Source: Escherichia coli | Lineage (GTDB): Bacteria; Pseudomonadota; Gammaproteobacteria; Enterobacterales; Enterobacteriaceae | Assembly: GCF_009931435.1 (NCBI RefSeq) | Contig: NZ_CP043414.1 | Length of the DNA: 64,000 nt | Direction: 5' to 3' (one strand) | In this document: piece after piece, positions 32,902-45,466 of the stretch | Numbering within the stretch: the first letter of the stretch is position 1 | Layout: each line of letters opens with the position of its first letter | Notes under the pieces: model-generated | Databases searched by the model: none | Seen by the model: the letters and a program-made list of their open reading frames with translations, nothing else | Told to the model about the DNA's origin: nothing | Made by a program: the position numbers and the translations under genes

Positions 32902-34301
32902 ACTTCTCTCTGTAAATCCCGTTCCAGCGGTAACTCTACTGTAATGCTTACCCCGCCAAAAGGCGAATGGGCAGCAATAATGCGACCATTATGTGCTTCA
33001 ACAATGTTCAGGCAAATCGCCAGCCCCAGCCCGGAACCGCCGCTGGCACGGTTGCGGGAACCGTCGGTGCGATAAAAACGTTCAAACAATTTTTGTAGCT
33101 GATCGTCACTGACACCTGGCGCACTGTCGGCAAAGGTCAGGCGCACCGTTTTGTCGCGCTGCCCGGCAGAGATTTGCAGGCTGCCGCCGCTGTCAGTGTA
33201 GCGCAGGCTGTTTTCCAGTAAGTTATTGAATAACTGCATTAAACGGTCGCGATCGCCAAATACGGTAATACTGTCTGGCAGGGAAAATTGCAGTTTCAGG
33301 CCACGACTGGCGAATCGTTCGCGAAATGCGCCGCCCGCCACTTCCAGCAGTGGGATCAAATCTACCGGTGCTTTTTGATAGGCGAGAGCGCCTTCATCAG
33401 ACATCGACAACTGATGGAGATCGTCAACCAGTTTGGTCAGTGTACCGACCTCCGCCTGTAAAGACGCCACCGTCTCCGGCGTGAATTTACGCACGCCATC
33501 CTGAATGGCTTCCAGTTCACCGCGCAGCACCGCTAATGGCGTACGCAGTTCGTGAGAAATATCGGCCATAAAATCGCGCCGCATTTGCTGGTTTTTCTCC
33601 AGTGTGCTGGCAAGCTGGTTGAAGTCTTGCGCCAGTTTGCCCAGTTCATCTTCACTGGTGGGCGTTACGCGGGTAGTGAAATCGCCCGCCGCCAGTTTGT
33701 GCGTGCCATCGACAAGTCGTTTTACCGGTGCCAGTAAACCGCGCGCCAGCAGAAAAGTGGCAAGTGCCGCGAGTAACGTTGCCAGGGCGACAATCAACCA
33801 GCTGGTTTGCCGCTGTTGTTTATCGAAATTGATATCAGTATTGCGCGTTAACCGCTCAACGGGGGAGGCGATCACCGCGCCAACTTCCGCACCGTTGACC
33901 AGAATGGGTCGCCGTGTACCGTCAGGTGGAATCGGCGCTCGCGGACCAACCAGCACTTTGTTGTTTTGATCAACCACCCAGAACTGGGTACGCCAGCCGT
34001 GCGGTGGCATACCCGGGCCGGGTTTATCTTCCGAATTATCGTGTTCAAATGAACGCAGGATCTGAAAGACAAAGCGATCATTGTTGCGCAGGAAGCGCCA
34101 GTTGCCATGCTGCGCATACTGCTCGCCAAGCGCATCACTTAACAGTTGTAATCGCTGTTCATTACCATGCTTGATGTAATCAATAAAGCCACGCTCAAAA
34201 CTGATACGCACCGCCCAGTGCATACTGATCAGCAAGACAATGCAGGTGGCGAAAATCGCCAGAAACAGTTTGCCGGTAATACCAGGTCGCCAGAACTTCA
34301 T
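32898..34301 (-). CDS. baeS: Envelope-stress sensor histidine kinase
   Basis: 467-aa ORF with H-box ([11 protein letters not shown]) and ATP-binding G-boxes; 4-nt overlap with baeR. Confidence 0.95.
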   Translation of the reverse strand: MKFWRPGITGKLFLAIFATCIVLLISMHWAVRISFERGFIDYIKHGNEQRLQLLSDALGEQYAQHGNWRFLRNNDRFVFQILRSFEHDNSEDKPGPGMPPHGWRTQFWVVDQNNKVLVGPRAPIPPDGTRRPILVNGAEVGAVIASPVERLTRNTDINFDKQQRQTSWLIVALATLLAALATFLLARGLLAPVKRLVDGTHKLAAGDFTTRVTPTSEDELGKLAQDFNQLASTLEKNQQMRRDFMADISHELRTPLAVLRGELEAIQDGVRKFTPETVASLQAEVGTLTKLVDDLHQLSMSDEGALAYQKAPVDLIPLLEVAGGAFRERFASRGLKLQFSLPDSITVFGDRDRLMQLFNNLLENSLRYTDSGGSLQISAGQRDKTVRLTFADSAPGVSDDQLQKLFERFYRTDGSRNRASGGSGLGLAICLNIVEAHNGRIIAAHSPFGGVSITVELPLERDLQREV

Positions 34302-35713
34302 TGCGCGCTCCTTTTTCGCCGCGAAATAGCTACATTTTGATGCGTATCGTTCGGCACTCTGGCAAAGATGAACGCCGGAAGGGCGATGATAAACGCCATG
34401 CTAAGCCAGGTGTACATAAAGACGGTTTGTGTGGTGCCGCTGTCGACGCTGACATGCTGCGAACCAAAAAGTCCCAGCAACAGCCCGGCGATGGTGACGC
34501 CGATACTCATCGACAATTGCATAATCATCGACAGCAGGCTGTTTCCGCTGCTCGCCAGATTGTCCGGGAGATCTTTCAGCGTCAGGGTGTTCATGGAGGA
34601 GAAACGCGTCGAGTTGACCATCCCTTGTAAAAACAGGACGAACGGCAAAACGTAGTACCAGCCCAGCAGAGCGGTAGTCATAAACAACAGGGTGACCAGC
34701 GACAGACCCAGCGTGGTCGCTACCAGTACCCGACGATAACCAAAGCGATTCACCACCTGTACAACAATTCGCTTCATTCCCATGCTGCCAAGCACCATCG
34801 GGATCATCATCAGTCCGGCATGAAACGGCGAGAAACCGAGGCCAATTTGCAGGAAAACCGGTGTCATAAAGGGCAACATGCCACTGCCAATACGTCCGGC
34901 AAAGCTCCCCGCCAGGCCCAGCGAAAAGGTACGAGTGCGGAACAGTTTCAGACTGAAAAGAGCGCGGTTGTTATTTCTGGCGTGCAGCAAATAAAGCACC
35001 AGTGCCACCACGCCAACTGCGACCAGGCCATCAATCGTCAGCGGCGATAAACCTGTACCTTTACTGCCGTCCAGCGCCAGGGTTAATACCGCCATGCCAA
35101 CCGCTAGCAATAAAAAGCCGGAGAGATCGAAGCGCCGCGTCTGCATGGTATAGTTCGGCATTAACATCAATGTGGCGATCGCACCGATAATCCCCACCGG
35201 AATGTTGATCAAAAAGATCCAGTGCCACGACGCGTACTCCACCAGCAGACCGCCGAGCGCCGGACCGAGCAGCGGACCGACCTGACCGGGTAACGTGACA
35301 AAGGTCATCGCCGCCATATATTGCTCGCGCGGTACGATTTTCATCACCGTCAATCTGCCGACCGGCACCATCATCGCGCCGCCAACGCCCTGTAACGCGC
35401 GTGCCAGCAACAGTTCGTTCAGCGTGCCGGAAAGCGCGCAAAACAGTGAACCGAGAGTAAACAGCACGATGGCGGTAAAGAAAATATTGCGCACGCCGAC
35501 TTTGTCCGCCAGCCAGCCGCTGGCGGGCAGCATCACCGCCACGGTCAGCACATAAGAGACAATGACCATGTGCATATGCAACGGACTTTCCCCGAGGCTT
35601 TGCGCCATTGAGGGAAGGGCGGTGTTTACGATGGTGGTGTCCAGCGACTGCATAAAGAAGCCGAAAGCCACAATCCACAATTGCCAACGGGTGCTGTCGG
35701 GAAGATCTGTCAT
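34298..35713 (-). CDS. mdtD: MFS transporter MdtD
   Basis: 471-aa membrane protein; 4-nt overlap with baeS. Confidence 0.95.
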   Translation of the reverse strand: MTDLPDSTRWQLWIVAFGFFMQSLDTTIVNTALPSMAQSLGESPLHMHMVIVSYVLTVAVMLPASGWLADKVGVRNIFFTAIVLFTLGSLFCALSGTLNELLLARALQGVGGAMMVPVGRLTVMKIVPREQYMAAMTFVTLPGQVGPLLGPALGGLLVEYASWHWIFLINIPVGIIGAIATLMLMPNYTMQTRRFDLSGFLLLAVGMAVLTLALDGSKGTGLSPLTIDGLVAVGVVALVLYLLHARNNNRALFSLKLFRTRTFSLGLAGSFAGRIGSGMLPFMTPVFLQIGLGFSPFHAGLMMIPMVLGSMGMKRIVVQVVNRFGYRRVLVATTLGLSLVTLLFMTTALLGWYYVLPFVLFLQGMVNSTRFSSMNTLTLKDLPDNLASSGNSLLSMIMQLSMSIGVTIAGLLLGLFGSQHVSVDSGTTQTVFMYTWLSMAFIIALPAFIFARVPNDTHQNVAISRRKRSAQ

Positions 35714-38700
35714 TTACTCGGTTACCGTTTGTTTAGGTTTACGCGAAAAACGCAGCCGCAGACGGTCGAAAAAGAGATACACCACCGGCGTGGTATACAG
35801 CGTAAGGAGCTGGCTCATTACCAGTCCGCCGACAATGGTGATCCCCAGGGGTTGCCGCAGCTCCGAGCCGTCGCCGCCCGACAATACCAGCGGCAGCGCA
35901 CCAAACAGCGCCGCCAGGGTGGTCATCATAATCGGGCGAAAACGCAGCAGACAGGCCTGGAAAATAGCTTCCTGCGGCGTCAGGTTACCGTGCCGTTGGG
36001 CTTCAAGCGCAAAATCGACCATCATAATGGCGTTTTTCTTCACGATGCCGATTAATAGCATGATCCCTATCAGGGCGATTAGGCTGAACGGGGCATTGAA
36101 CAGCTCCAGCGCCAACAGCGCTCCAACGCCCGCCGAGGGCAGGGTGGAGAGAATCGTCAGCGGATGTACGTAACTCTCGTAAAGGATACCCAGCACGATA
36201 TACACCGTGGCGATGGCGGCGATAATCAGGATCACCTGCGAGTTCATCGTCTCCTGGAACACCTGCGCCGTGCCGGCAAAACTGCCGCGCACCGTCGAAG
36301 GCACCCCAAGCTGGGTCATTGCGCGATCGATCGCCGCACTGGCGTCCGAGAGCGATTTTCCGGTCGGCAGGTTAAACGAAATGGTCGAGGCCGCCGATAA
36401 TCCCTGATGATTCACCGATAGTGGGGCATTCGCCGGTTGCCATTTAGCGAAATACGACAGCGGGATCGCTTTGCCTTCGTTATTGATAACGAACATTTTT
36501 TCCAGCGCACTGATGTCCTGGGTATAGCGCGGATCCACTTCCATCACCACTTTATACTGGTTCATCGGCTGGTAAATGGTCGAGATTTGCCGCTGACCGA
36601 AGGCGTTATTTAACAGACTGTTGGCGGCTTGTACGTCGATTCCCAGCCGTGCCATGGTGTCGCGGTCGTAAACCAGATTCATCTCCGCGCCGTTATCCTG
36701 CTGATCGGAGTTCACGTCCGCCAGTTCCGGCAACGTCGCCAGTTTTTTGCGGATTTTCGGCTCCCATTCTCGCAGTGCCGCCAGGTCGTCGGATAACAAC
36801 GTGTACTGGTAGCTGGCGTTCGACTGACGCCCACCAACGCGAATATCCTGTACCGCCATCAGGAACAGATTCGCCCCCGGTTCTTTCGCCAGTTTTACGC
36901 GCAGACGGTCGATAATTTGCTGCGCCGTTTCGCTGCGTTCGTCGCGTGGCTTGAGGGTGATAAACATCATCCCACTGTTAACTCGTGAACCGCCGGTAAA
37001 GCCGGTGACATTATCCACTGCCGGATCGTCACGGATAATTTTCATGAAATCCTGCAATTTGCCGCGCATCGCCTGAAACGAAATGCTCTGATCCGCCTGT
37101 ATCCCGCCCATCAGCACGCCGGTGTCCTGCTCCGGGAAGAAGGTTTTCGGGATCGAGATATACAGCCAGATATTCAGCGCAATGGTGCCAAGCAGCACCA
37201 CACCCACCAGACGGGTATGATTGAGCACCCATTTCAGCGACTTGCCGTAGCCTTGTTGCAGGGCTACCAACATGCGGCCAAAACCACGCAGTCGCTTTTG
37301 CTCACGCGGCTTGCTGGCTTTCAGCATCCAGCCACACATCATTGGCGTTAATGTCAGAGAAACCAGCAACGATATAACAATGGCGACAGAAAGCGTCACG
37401 GCAAATTCGCGTAACAGTCGGCCCGGCAATCCGCCCATCAACAGCAGCGGCAGGAACACCGCCACCAGTGACAGACTCATCGACAGCACCGTAAAGCCGA
37501 CTTCGCGAGTACCTTGTAGCGCGGCCTGTAGCGGTTTCATCCCCGCTTCCAGATGACGGGCAATGTTTTCCAGCACCACGATGGCGTCATCCACCACGAA
37601 ACCAGTAGCGATGGTGAGCGCCATTAACGAAAGGTTATTGAGACTGAATCCGCACAGGTACATCGCTGCAAACGTACCAATCAGCGAAACCGGCACCGCA
37701 ACGGCGGGAATAATAGTGGCGCGACCCGAGCGCAGGAATAAAAACACCACCAGAATCACCAGCGCCACCGAGATAATCAGCGTTTGCTCGACTTCTTCCA
37801 GCGAGGCGCGAATGGTGGGGGAGCGATCCTGAGCAATTTGCAGATCAATCGCCGCCGGAATGGTTTCCTGCAACTCCGGTAATTTTGCCCGGATGCTGTC
37901 TACCGTCTGGATAATATTGGCTTCCGGCAGCTTGCGGATCATCAGCAAAATAGCCGGTTTGGCGTTGGTCATCCCGGCGTTGCGCACATCCTGCACCGAG
38001 TCGGTCACCGTCGCCACATCGCCCAGACGAACCGCGCCGCCGTTGTTGTAATGAATAATCAACGGCTGATATTCGGCGGCGGTTTTTAGCTCATCATTGG
38101 TCTGGATCTGCCAGCGGTGAGTGCCATCTTCCAGCGCCCCCTGCGGTTTACGCACGTTGGCATTGCTGATGGCGGTGCGTACGTCGTCCAGAGAGACGCC
38201 CTGATTAAACAGCGCCTGCGGATTCAGCCCGACGCGTACGGCGGGCAGCGAGCTGCCGCCAACATCGACATCACCGACACCGTCGATTTGCGAAATCGTC
38301 GGAGCCAGCTGCGTCGAGGCGAAATCGTACAGTTCACCCTGCGAATAAGTATCGGATGTCAGCGTGAGGATCATAATTGGCGCATCCGACGGGTTCGCTT
38401 TGCGATAGGTCGGGCGGCTGGGCATCCCACTGGGCAGCAAACTTTGTGCAGCGTTGATCGCCGCCTGCACATCACGCGCTGCGCCGTTGATATCCCGGTC
38501 AAAATCAAACTGCAAAATAATACGCGTGCTGCCGAGCGAACTGCTGGAGGTCATTTCACTGACTCCGGCAATGCGCCCAAGTGAGCGCTCCAGCGGCGTG
38601 GCAACGGAAGACGCCATTGTTTCTGGTGACGCACCGGGCAGCGAGGCGCTGACCATAATCACCGGAAAATCGACCTGCGGCAGCGGGGCGACCGGCAGCA

Positions 38701-38791
38701 TACGGAAGCCCAGTATGCCGCACAGGGTAATGGCAACCGACAGTAAAATCGTCGCCACCGGACGGTAAATGAAGAGGGCAAAAAACTTCAC
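35714..38791 (-). CDS. mdtC: RND multidrug efflux pump subunit MdtC
   Basis: 1025-aa RND transporter; immediately follows mdtB. Confidence 0.95.
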   Translation of the reverse strand: MKFFALFIYRPVATILLSVAITLCGILGFRMLPVAPLPQVDFPVIMVSASLPGASPETMASSVATPLERSLGRIAGVSEMTSSSSLGSTRIILQFDFDRDINGAARDVQAAINAAQSLLPSGMPSRPTYRKANPSDAPIMILTLTSDTYSQGELYDFASTQLAPTISQIDGVGDVDVGGSSLPAVRVGLNPQALFNQGVSLDDVRTAISNANVRKPQGALEDGTHRWQIQTNDELKTAAEYQPLIIHYNNGGAVRLGDVATVTDSVQDVRNAGMTNAKPAILLMIRKLPEANIIQTVDSIRAKLPELQETIPAAIDLQIAQDRSPTIRASLEEVEQTLIISVALVILVVFLFLRSGRATIIPAVAVPVSLIGTFAAMYLCGFSLNNLSLMALTIATGFVVDDAIVVLENIARHLEAGMKPLQAALQGTREVGFTVLSMSLSLVAVFLPLLLMGGLPGRLLREFAVTLSVAIVISLLVSLTLTPMMCGWMLKASKPREQKRLRGFGRMLVALQQGYGKSLKWVLNHTRLVGVVLLGTIALNIWLYISIPKTFFPEQDTGVLMGGIQADQSISFQAMRGKLQDFMKIIRDDPAVDNVTGFTGGSRVNSGMMFITLKPRDERSETAQQIIDRLRVKLAKEPGANLFLMAVQDIRVGGRQSNASYQYTLLSDDLAALREWEPKIRKKLATLPELADVNSDQQDNGAEMNLVYDRDTMARLGIDVQAANSLLNNAFGQRQISTIYQPMNQYKVVMEVDPRYTQDISALEKMFVINNEGKAIPLSYFAKWQPANAPLSVNHQGLSAASTISFNLPTGKSLSDASAAIDRAMTQLGVPSTVRGSFAGTAQVFQETMNSQVILIIAAIATVYIVLGILYESYVHPLTILSTLPSAGVGALLALELFNAPFSLIALIGIMLLIGIVKKNAIMMVDFALEAQRHGNLTPQEAIFQACLLRFRPIMMTTLAALFGALPLVLSGGDGSELRQPLGITIVGGLVMSQLLTLYTTPVVYLFFDRLRLRFSRKPKQTVTE

Positions 38792-41700
38792 TTACGCCTC
38801 CTCTTCATGACGGGCAAAGCGGCTTTTGGTCCACAATGCCAGGCGGTCGAACAGCAAATAAATCACCGGCGTGGTAAACAGCGTCAGCACCTGGCTGACA
38901 ATCAGGCCGCCGACCATGCCGATACCTAACGGACGACGCAGTTCCGCGCCGACCCCGGTACTCAACATCAGCGGCAGCGCGCCAAGCAGAGCCGCCAGAG
39001 TGGTCATCAGGATCGGACGAAAACGCAACAGACAAGCCTGGTAGATGGCATCGCGCGGCGACATGCCTTGCTCGCGCTCAGCAGCCAGCGCGAAGTCGAT
39101 CATCATGATGGCGTTCTTCTTCACGATACCGATCAGCAAAATAATGCCGATAATCGCAATCACATCCAGCTCACTTCCGGCAATCATTAATGCCAGCAGT
39201 GCGCCGACCCCTGCGGTGGGTAGCGTCGAGAGAATGGTGATCGGGTGAATAAAGCTCTCGTACAGAATGCCGAGCACGATATACATCGCCACCACCGCCG
39301 CGACAATCAGCCAGACAGTGCTGCCCAGTGCCGACTGGAAGGCGAGGGTGCTGCCCTGGAACTGCGTGGTGATATCCACCGGCAGATTCAGCGTCTTCTC
39401 GGTGTCCATAATCGCCTGCACCGCATCGCCCAGCGAATAGTTATCCGGCACGTTAAAGGAGATGGTCGTTACCGGGAACTGATCCAGATGGTTAATGGAA
39501 AGCGGCGCAAAACGCTGTTCAACTTTGGCAATTGAGCTTAACGGCACCACGCCGCCGTCGCTACTGGTCAGGCGAATGGTATCCAGCGCCGCGAGGCCCG
39601 GGGTAATTTCGGTGTTGTGCTCCAGCACTACGCGATACTGGTTAGCCTGAGTATAAATAGTGGAAATCAGCCGCTGACCAAACGCGTTGTACAGGGCGTT
39701 ATCGACATCCGCCATGCTGATCCCCAGACGGCTGGCGCTGTCGCGATCAACATTGACATACGCAACCAGCCCTTTGTCCTGCCAGTCGCTGGAGACATCA
39801 GAAAGCTGTGGCAGTTGCTGGAGTTTTTCCATCAACTGTGGCACCCAGGTACTGAGCGCATCCAGTGAGGTGGCCTGCAAGGTAAACTGGTACTGGGTGC
39901 GGCTGACCTGAGTATCGATGGTCAGGTCCTGCGTTGGTTGCAGGAAGAGATCGACGCCCGGCACTTTATCCACCGCCGTTTGCAGACGGGCGATGACTTT
40001 TTGCACCCGATCATCACGTTCCTCCAACGGTTTGAGGTTGATCTGCAAACGCGCACTGTTCAGCGACGGGTTAGTGCCATCAACGCCAACAAATGAGGTC
40101 AAACTTTGCACCGCTGGATCCTGCAAAATCACGTCCGCGACCTGGCGTTGCCGCTGGGCCATATTGGCAAAGGAGCTGGATTGCGGTGCCTGCAAAGTGC
40201 CCTGAATAATGCCGTTGTCCTGTACCGGGAAGAAACCTTTCGGAATGAACACCCACAGCAGCACGCTAAGCAGCAGCGTGCTGAGTGCCACGCTTAAGGT
40301 CAGCCACGGATGATTCAGCACTTTCGCAAGTCCCTGACCATAGGCGGCGATTATCCTGTCGAACATTTTTTCCGAGGCACGGGAGAAGCGGTTCTGTTTA
40401 CGCAACGACTCCTGGCTGAGCATCCGCGCGCACATCATCGGTGTCAGGGTCAGCGACACCACCGCTGAGATCAAAATCGCTACCGCCAGCGTAATAGCAA
40501 ATTCGCGGAACAGTCGCCCGACGATATCGCCCATAAACAGCAGTGGGATCAACACCGCAATCAGTGAGAAGGTCAGCGAGATAATGGTAAAGCCGATTTC
40601 ACCTGCGCCCTTGAGCGCCGCCGCCAACGGTTTTTCGCCTTTTTCGATATAGCGGGAAATGTTTTCGATCACCACGATGGCGTCATCGACCACGAATCCG
40701 GTGGCGATAGTTAACGCCATCAGTGTCAGGTTATTGATTGAAAAATCGAGAAACACCATAACCGCGAAAGTGCCGATTAACGACAGCGGTACAGCAACAC
40801 CGGGAATGATGGTCGCCGGAATATTGCGCAAAAACAGGTAGATAATCATGACTACCAGCGCGATAGCCATCATCAATTCAAACTGAGTATCATCGACGGA
40901 TGCGCGGATATTGGTGGTGCGATCGGAAAGCACTGTCACCTTCACCGATTTCGGCAGACTCTCAGTGAGCTGTGGCAGCATCTGCCGAATGCTGTCGGCG
41001 GTGGAGATAATGTTAGCACCGGGCTGGCGCTGAACATTCATCACAATGGCCTGTTCTTTGTTCGCCCACGCGCCGAGCCAGCTGTTTTCTGCACCTTGCT
41101 CTACAGTTGCGACATCGCCCAGACGAATTGGCGCGCCGTTCTGGTAGGCGATGATTAGCTGGCGATACTCTTCGGCGGATTGCATCTGGTCGTTCGCGGA
41201 AAGCGTGACCGCACGGGAAGGGCCGTCGAGGCTACCTTTTGCCGAGTTAACGTTAGCGCCGGTAATGGCGGTGCGCACGGTTTCGCTGGTCAGGCCGAGG
41301 GCGGCAATCGCCTGAGCGTTAAGTTTGACGCGAACAGCCGGACGCTGACCGCCGGAAAGCGTCACCAGGCCGACGCCGGAAATCTGCGAGATTTTCTGCG
41401 CGACGCGGGTTTCCACCATATCTTCCACTTGCGTCATCGGCATGGCGGTTGAGGTGACGGCGAGCGTCATGATCGGCGGATCTGCCGGGTTCACTTTGCT
41501 GTAAACCGGCGGGTTAGGCAGATCGCTCGGCAACAAGTTGGTCGCAGCGTTAATCGCGGCCTGCACTTCCTGCTCGGCGACATCGAGCGGTAATGTTAGC
41601 TGGAACTGCAAAGTGATAACTGACGCACCGCCGGAACTTTGCGACGACATCTGTTTCAGGCCAGACATCTGCCCGAACTGGCGTTCGAGCGGCGCGGTAA

Positions 41701-41914
41701 CGGCAGAGGTCATGACATCCGGGCTGGCACCTGGGTAGAGCGTGACCACCTGAATGGTCGGATAGTCCACTTCCGGCAGCGCCGAAACGGGCAGGGCGCG
41801 ATAACCGATAATCCCGGCGAGTAAGATCGCCACCATCAGCAGCGTGGTGGCGACAGGACGCATAATAAACAGGCGCGACGGGCCGCCTGTGCTGCTCGGG
41901 GGTAACACCTGCAT
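38792..41914 (-). CDS. mdtB: RND multidrug efflux pump subunit MdtB
   Basis: 1040-aa RND transporter. Confidence 0.95.
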   Translation of the reverse strand: MQVLPPSSTGGPSRLFIMRPVATTLLMVAILLAGIIGYRALPVSALPEVDYPTIQVVTLYPGASPDVMTSAVTAPLERQFGQMSGLKQMSSQSSGGASVITLQFQLTLPLDVAEQEVQAAINAATNLLPSDLPNPPVYSKVNPADPPIMTLAVTSTAMPMTQVEDMVETRVAQKISQISGVGLVTLSGGQRPAVRVKLNAQAIAALGLTSETVRTAITGANVNSAKGSLDGPSRAVTLSANDQMQSAEEYRQLIIAYQNGAPIRLGDVATVEQGAENSWLGAWANKEQAIVMNVQRQPGANIISTADSIRQMLPQLTESLPKSVKVTVLSDRTTNIRASVDDTQFELMMAIALVVMIIYLFLRNIPATIIPGVAVPLSLIGTFAVMVFLDFSINNLTLMALTIATGFVVDDAIVVIENISRYIEKGEKPLAAALKGAGEIGFTIISLTFSLIAVLIPLLFMGDIVGRLFREFAITLAVAILISAVVSLTLTPMMCARMLSQESLRKQNRFSRASEKMFDRIIAAYGQGLAKVLNHPWLTLSVALSTLLLSVLLWVFIPKGFFPVQDNGIIQGTLQAPQSSSFANMAQRQRQVADVILQDPAVQSLTSFVGVDGTNPSLNSARLQINLKPLEERDDRVQKVIARLQTAVDKVPGVDLFLQPTQDLTIDTQVSRTQYQFTLQATSLDALSTWVPQLMEKLQQLPQLSDVSSDWQDKGLVAYVNVDRDSASRLGISMADVDNALYNAFGQRLISTIYTQANQYRVVLEHNTEITPGLAALDTIRLTSSDGGVVPLSSIAKVEQRFAPLSINHLDQFPVTTISFNVPDNYSLGDAVQAIMDTEKTLNLPVDITTQFQGSTLAFQSALGSTVWLIVAAVVAMYIVLGILYESFIHPITILSTLPTAGVGALLALMIAGSELDVIAIIGIILLIGIVKKNAIMMIDFALAAEREQGMSPRDAIYQACLLRFRPILMTTLAALLGALPLMLSTGVGAELRRPLGIGMVGGLIVSQVLTLFTTPVIYLLFDRLALWTKSRFARHEEEA

Positions 41915-43161
41915 CAGGAGCGTGCTCCTTTTTTCGCGTATTCGCGGCTGGTGGCTTTCTCTTCCGGAGTGGTGGCGCTCTGGGCTTCCACCACTTCCAC
42001 TTTCGCCCCTTCGGTCAGGCGATCAATGCCGTCTGTCACCACGCGATCGCCCGCAGAAATACCTGCACGGATCACCACTTTCTGACTGTCCTGAATGCCC
42101 GGCGTCACCAGATGTTTGCTGACCTTGTTTTCGCTATTCAGCACCCAGACAAAATGGCCTTCATTGCCCATTTGCAGGGCGGCTGTTGGGATCACTACGG
42201 CGTTTTGTTCGGTGTCGACTAACATGCGCGCGTTAACAAACTGATTGGGAAACAGCGCATCATCCTGATTATTAAAGCGTGCTTTCACTTTAATCGTACC
42301 GGTTGTGGCATCGATTTGGTTATCGAGGCTTAACAGCGTGCCTTCACTTAATTTCTTCGAATTGGTGCGATCCCAGGCTTCTACCACCAGCGGTTTTCCG
42401 GCTTTTTGCGCCTGCACTACAGTAGCGATATCGCTTTCCGGCAGGGTAAAGACTAAATCGATAGGATGCGTCTGGGTGATCACCACAATTCCGGTGGTAT
42501 CACCACTGGAGATTTGGTTACCAACATCAACCTGCTTGAGACCAACGCGACCATCGACTGGTGCGGTGATGCGGCTCCAGTCGAGTTGCAGCTGCGCGCT
42601 GGCGACGCTTGCTTCATCAGCCTTAATGGTGCCTTCGGTTTCACTGACCAGCGCCTGTTGGGCATCCAGCTCCTGACGGGAGACGAGATTGGTTTTTGCC
42701 AGTTGCTGATAACGCGCCAGATCACGGCGGGCGTTAGCAAGCGTGGCTTTATCTTTTGCCAGTTGGCCCTGGGCTTGTGCTAATGCAACTTTGAACTGGC
42801 TGGGGTCAATTTCTGCCAGTAAATCGCCTGCTTTGACCTGCTGGCCTTCCTGGAAATGTAACGCCATCAGTTGACCGTCCACGCGGCTGCGCACCGTAAC
42901 AGTATTAGCGGCGGTAATGGTGCCAAGCCCGGTGAGGTAACGCGGAACTGCCTGTTCTACGGCGGTCGCCGCCTGAACCGGGGCTAATGGGCCGGAACGC
43001 ATACCACGGCGACCACCCGCTGGCGATTGCTGCGCTTGTTTCGTCGCCCCTGGGGCTGCACTCTGGGAGTCATTGCGGCCTTGCCAGAACCAGAATGCGG
43101 CGATGGCGGCGATAACCACCACGATTACGATTACCCAACGGGATTTATAACTGCCTTTCAT
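41914..43161 (-). CDS. mdtA: RND efflux membrane-fusion protein MdtA
   Basis: Track ORF starts with GTG at 43308; internal ATG at 43161 gives [27 protein letters not shown] (415 aa) as I recall for MdtA. Stop overlaps the mdtB start. Confidence 0.9.
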   Translation of the reverse strand: MKGSYKSRWVIVIVVVIAAIAAFWFWQGRNDSQSAAPGATKQAQQSPAGGRRGMRSGPLAPVQAATAVEQAVPRYLTGLGTITAANTVTVRSRVDGQLMALHFQEGQQVKAGDLLAEIDPSQFKVALAQAQGQLAKDKATLANARRDLARYQQLAKTNLVSRQELDAQQALVSETEGTIKADEASVASAQLQLDWSRITAPVDGRVGLKQVDVGNQISSGDTTGIVVITQTHPIDLVFTLPESDIATVVQAQKAGKPLVVEAWDRTNSKKLSEGTLLSLDNQIDATTGTIKVKARFNNQDDALFPNQFVNARMLVDTEQNAVVIPTAALQMGNEGHFVWVLNSENKVSKHLVTPGIQDSQKVVIRAGISAGDRVVTDGIDRLTEGAKVEVVEAQSATTPEEKATSREYAKKGARS

Positions 43162-43214
43162 CGTTAAGAGTTTCTCTTCCTGAAACGTTTCGCGGAATGA
43201 TACTAGTGTAGCCA

Positions 43215-43232
43215 GCCAATAAGGGAGAAAAA
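43215..43232 (-). promoter_or_regulatory. BaeR-box-like sequence upstream of mdtA
   Basis: Minus-strand TTTTTCTCCCTTATTGGC, close to the BaeR binding consensus as I recall it (TTTTTCTCCATDATTGGC). Confidence 0.55.
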
Positions 43233-43389
43233 TGGAGGAATTATGAAACACTATCGGGAATCGTCTGAATGGCGGGCACATTTGCGAGCACGCATCCAGT
43301 AATAACACAGGAAACTATTTTATCTACGCGTTAGCGATGGACTGCATACAGGGCGAAAGGAGGTAAGCCGCAGATTTCAGCCGGATGCT

Positions 43390-43531
43390 GAAACGGGAAA
43401 GCCCCTCCCGAGGAAGGGGCCTTAAATAAGGAAAGGGTCATGATGAAGCTACTCATCATCGTGGTGCTCTTAGTGATTAGCTACCCAGCATACTAAGACT
43501 ACCAGGGCGGGGGAAACCCCGCTCTACCCTC
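43390..43531 (-). ncRNA. sibB: Sib antisense RNA covering ibsB
   Basis: Minus-strand promoter: -35 TTGACA (revcomp of about 43562-43567), 17-nt spacer, -10 TACTTT (revcomp of about 43539-43544); terminator-like hairpin gcccctcc...ggaagggg near 43401-43420. Ends approximate. Confidence 0.6.
43440..43496 (+). CDS. ibsB: Type I toxin Ibs (18 aa, hydrophobic)
   Basis: ATGATGAAGCTACTC... encodes MMKLLIIVVLLVISYPAY, preceded by aaggaaaggg. A/B assignment by position (copy nearer mdtA), from memory. Confidence 0.8.
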   Translation: MMKLLIIVVLLVISYPAY

Positions 43532-43717
43532 ACTCCTGAAAGTATGCCTTCACGATAAGATTGTCAATCCGCAGGATTTGCCGTCTGCGATCCTGCCAGC
43601 AAATATTCTTTGCGAGTCGTTACGCAATAATCACAGAGGAAACTATTTTATTCACGCGTTAGCGATAGACTGCATTCAGGGCGAAAGGAGGTAAGCCGAT
43701 GATTTCAGCGGGACGCT

Positions 43718-43866
43718 GAAACGGGAAAGCCTCTCCCGGAGAAGAGGGCTTTTAATAAGGAAAGGGTTATGATGAAGCACGTCATCATACTGGTGATACT
43801 CTTAGTGATTAGCTTCCAGGCTTACTAAGAACACCAGGGGGAGGGGGAAACCTCTCCCTAACCCTC
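43718..43866 (-). ncRNA. sibA: Sib antisense RNA covering ibsA
   Basis: Minus-strand promoter: -35 TTGACA (revcomp of about 43897-43902), 17-nt spacer, -10 TAATTT (revcomp of about 43874-43879); hairpin gcctctcccggagaagagggc near 43730-43750. Ends approximate. Confidence 0.6.
43769..43828 (+). CDS. ibsA: Type I toxin Ibs (19 aa, hydrophobic)
   Basis: ATGATGAAGCACGTC... encodes MMKHVIILVILLVISFQAY; second copy of the repeat unit, nearer yegL. Confidence 0.8.
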   Translation: MMKHVIILVILLVISFQAY

Positions 43867-44048
43867 ACTCCTGAAATTATGTCACTCCGCACTTAGTGTC
43901 AATCGACGGCTCTCCGTTCTTGCGAGGCGAATAGCAAAATTTTCTGCGCCGCCGGGCCTAATTCTGAAAGTTTCTTCGTTTGCTCTTATTTCATTATTGC
44001 AGTCGGTATGATACCGGACCTCGATAATTCTCTAAGAAAGGATTTCTT

Positions 44049-44708
44049 ATGAGCGAACAAATCACGTTTGCCACCAGCGATTTTGCCAGTAACCCGGAAC
44101 CACGTTGCCCCTGCATTTTGCTGCTGGATGTTTCTGGCTCGATGAGCGGCAGACCTATTAATGAACTTAACGCCGGATTGGTGACCTTTCGTGATGAACT
44201 GCTTGCCGATCCGCTGGCTTTAAAAAGAGTGGAACTCGGCATTGTGACGTTCGGCCCGGTGCATGTGGAACAACCCTTTACCAGCGCCGCTAATTTTTTT
44301 CCGCCCATCCTGTTTGCCCAGGGCGATACACCAATGGGTGCGGCCATTACCAAAGCCCTGGATATGGTAGAGGAGCGGAAACGTGAGTATCGTGCAAATG
44401 GTATTTCGTATTATCGCCCGTGGATTTTCCTGATTACCGATGGTGCACCAACCGATGAGTGGCAGGCTGCAGCCAACAAAGTGTTTCGGGGGGAAGAAGA
44501 TAAAAGGTTTGCTTTCTTTTCCATCGGTGTTCAGGGGGCGGATATGAAGACGCTGGCCCAAATCAGCGTTCGTCAGCCTTTGCCTCTGCAAGGATTACAA
44601 TTCCGTGAACTGTTTAGCTGGTTATCCAGTTCGCTGCGTTCGGTTTCCCGCTCCACGCCGGGAACGGAAGTTGTGCTGGAAGCGCCAAAAGGCTGGACGT
44701 CAGTGTGA
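44049..44708 (+). CDS. yegL: von Willebrand factor A domain protein (TerY-like)
   Basis: 219-aa ORF with MIDAS-type DxSxS motif ([11 protein letters not shown]) and downstream acidic residues ([12 protein letters not shown]). Confidence 0.9.
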   Translation: MSEQITFATSDFASNPEPRCPCILLLDVSGSMSGRPINELNAGLVTFRDELLADPLALKRVELGIVTFGPVHVEQPFTSAANFFPPILFAQGDTPMGAAITKALDMVEERKREYRANGISYYRPWIFLITDGAPTDEWQAAANKVFRGEEDKRFAFFSIGVQGADMKTLAQISVRQPLPLQGLQFRELFSWLSSSLRSVSRSTPGTEVVLEAPKGWTSV

Positions 44709-45466
44709 GCTGGCGTCTGGTTTATGCATCCGCTGTTGGAACATCGCACATCAGCGCGGACTTGCCTTGCCAGGATGCCTGCCAGATGCAGGTTGCCTGG
44801 CTAAATGACCAGCAGCCATTACTGGTGATGTTCCTTGCTGATGGCGCAGGTAGCGTTTCGCAGGGAGGAGAAGGCGCGACGCTCGCCGTCAATGAAGCGA
44901 TGGCTTATATGTCGCAAAAAGTGCAGGGTGGGGAATTGGGGCTTAATGATATCCTCGCCACGGATATTGTGCTGACCGTTTGTCAGCGACTTTTTGCCGA
45001 GGCGGAAGCCAAAGAATTAGCAGTTCGCGATTTTGCCTGCACGTTTCTGGGATTGATTTCATCGCCTGACGGCACCTTGATTATGCAGATTGGCGATGGC
45101 GGCGTGGTGGTGGATTTTGGTCACGGTCTGCAATTGCCGCTTACGCCGATGGTGGGTGAATATGCCAATATGACGCACTTCATTACCGATGAAGATGCCG
45201 TTTCCAGACTGGAAACTTTCACCAGCACTGAGCGTGTGCATAAAGTTGCAGCATTTACGGATGGTATCCAGCGACTGGCGTTAAATATGCTGGATAATTC
45301 TCCTCATGTACCTTTCTTTACCCCGTTTTTCAATGGACTGGCGTCAGCAACGCAGGAACAACTCGATTTATTACCTGAATTGTTAAAGCAGTTTTTGTCC
45401 AGCCCGGCGGTAAACGAGCGTACGGATGATGATAAAACGTTGGCACTGGCGCTGTGGTTACCATGA
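44705..45466 (+). CDS. yegK: PP2C-like Ser/Thr protein phosphatase
   Basis: 253-aa ORF starting with GTG that overlaps the yegL stop (GTGA); metal-binding Asp motifs ([10 protein letters not shown]; [11 protein letters not shown]; AFTDG). Confidence 0.88.
   Translation: MSWRLVYASAVGTSHISADLPCQDACQMQVAWLNDQQPLLVMFLADGAGSVSQGGEGATLAVNEAMAYMSQKVQGGELGLNDILATDIVLTVCQRLFAEAEAKELAVRDFACTFLGLISSPDGTLIMQIGDGGVVVDFGHGLQLPLTPMVGEYANMTHFITDEDAVSRLETFTSTERVHKVAAFTDGIQRLALNMLDNSPHVPFFTPFFNGLASATQEQLDLLPELLKQFLSSPAVNERTDDDKTLALALWLP

Larger units (their letters stand above)
43310..43880. repeat. Tandem duplication of a roughly 300-bp ibs/sib unit
   Basis: Two highly similar units, each with a 5' region (ggaaactatttta...gcgaaaggaggtaagcc...gaaacgggaaagcc), a tiny ORF, and a 3' region (accagggg...ccctcactcctgaaa). 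Confidence 0.8.

Noticed and set aside
35061-36173. Several 120-210-aa ORFs on both strands within the mdtD/mdtC junction region
   Set aside because: Arg/Gly-rich translations with no motifs, overlapping the continuous RND and MFS transporter frames; judged spurious.
43310-43880. Considered whether the tandem repeat could be a CRISPR array or an IS remnant
   Set aside because: Only two units, each about 300 bp and each carrying a tiny ORF with an antisense promoter; no short regular repeat-spacer periodicity and no transposase remnants. It fits ibs/sib toxin-antitoxin units.
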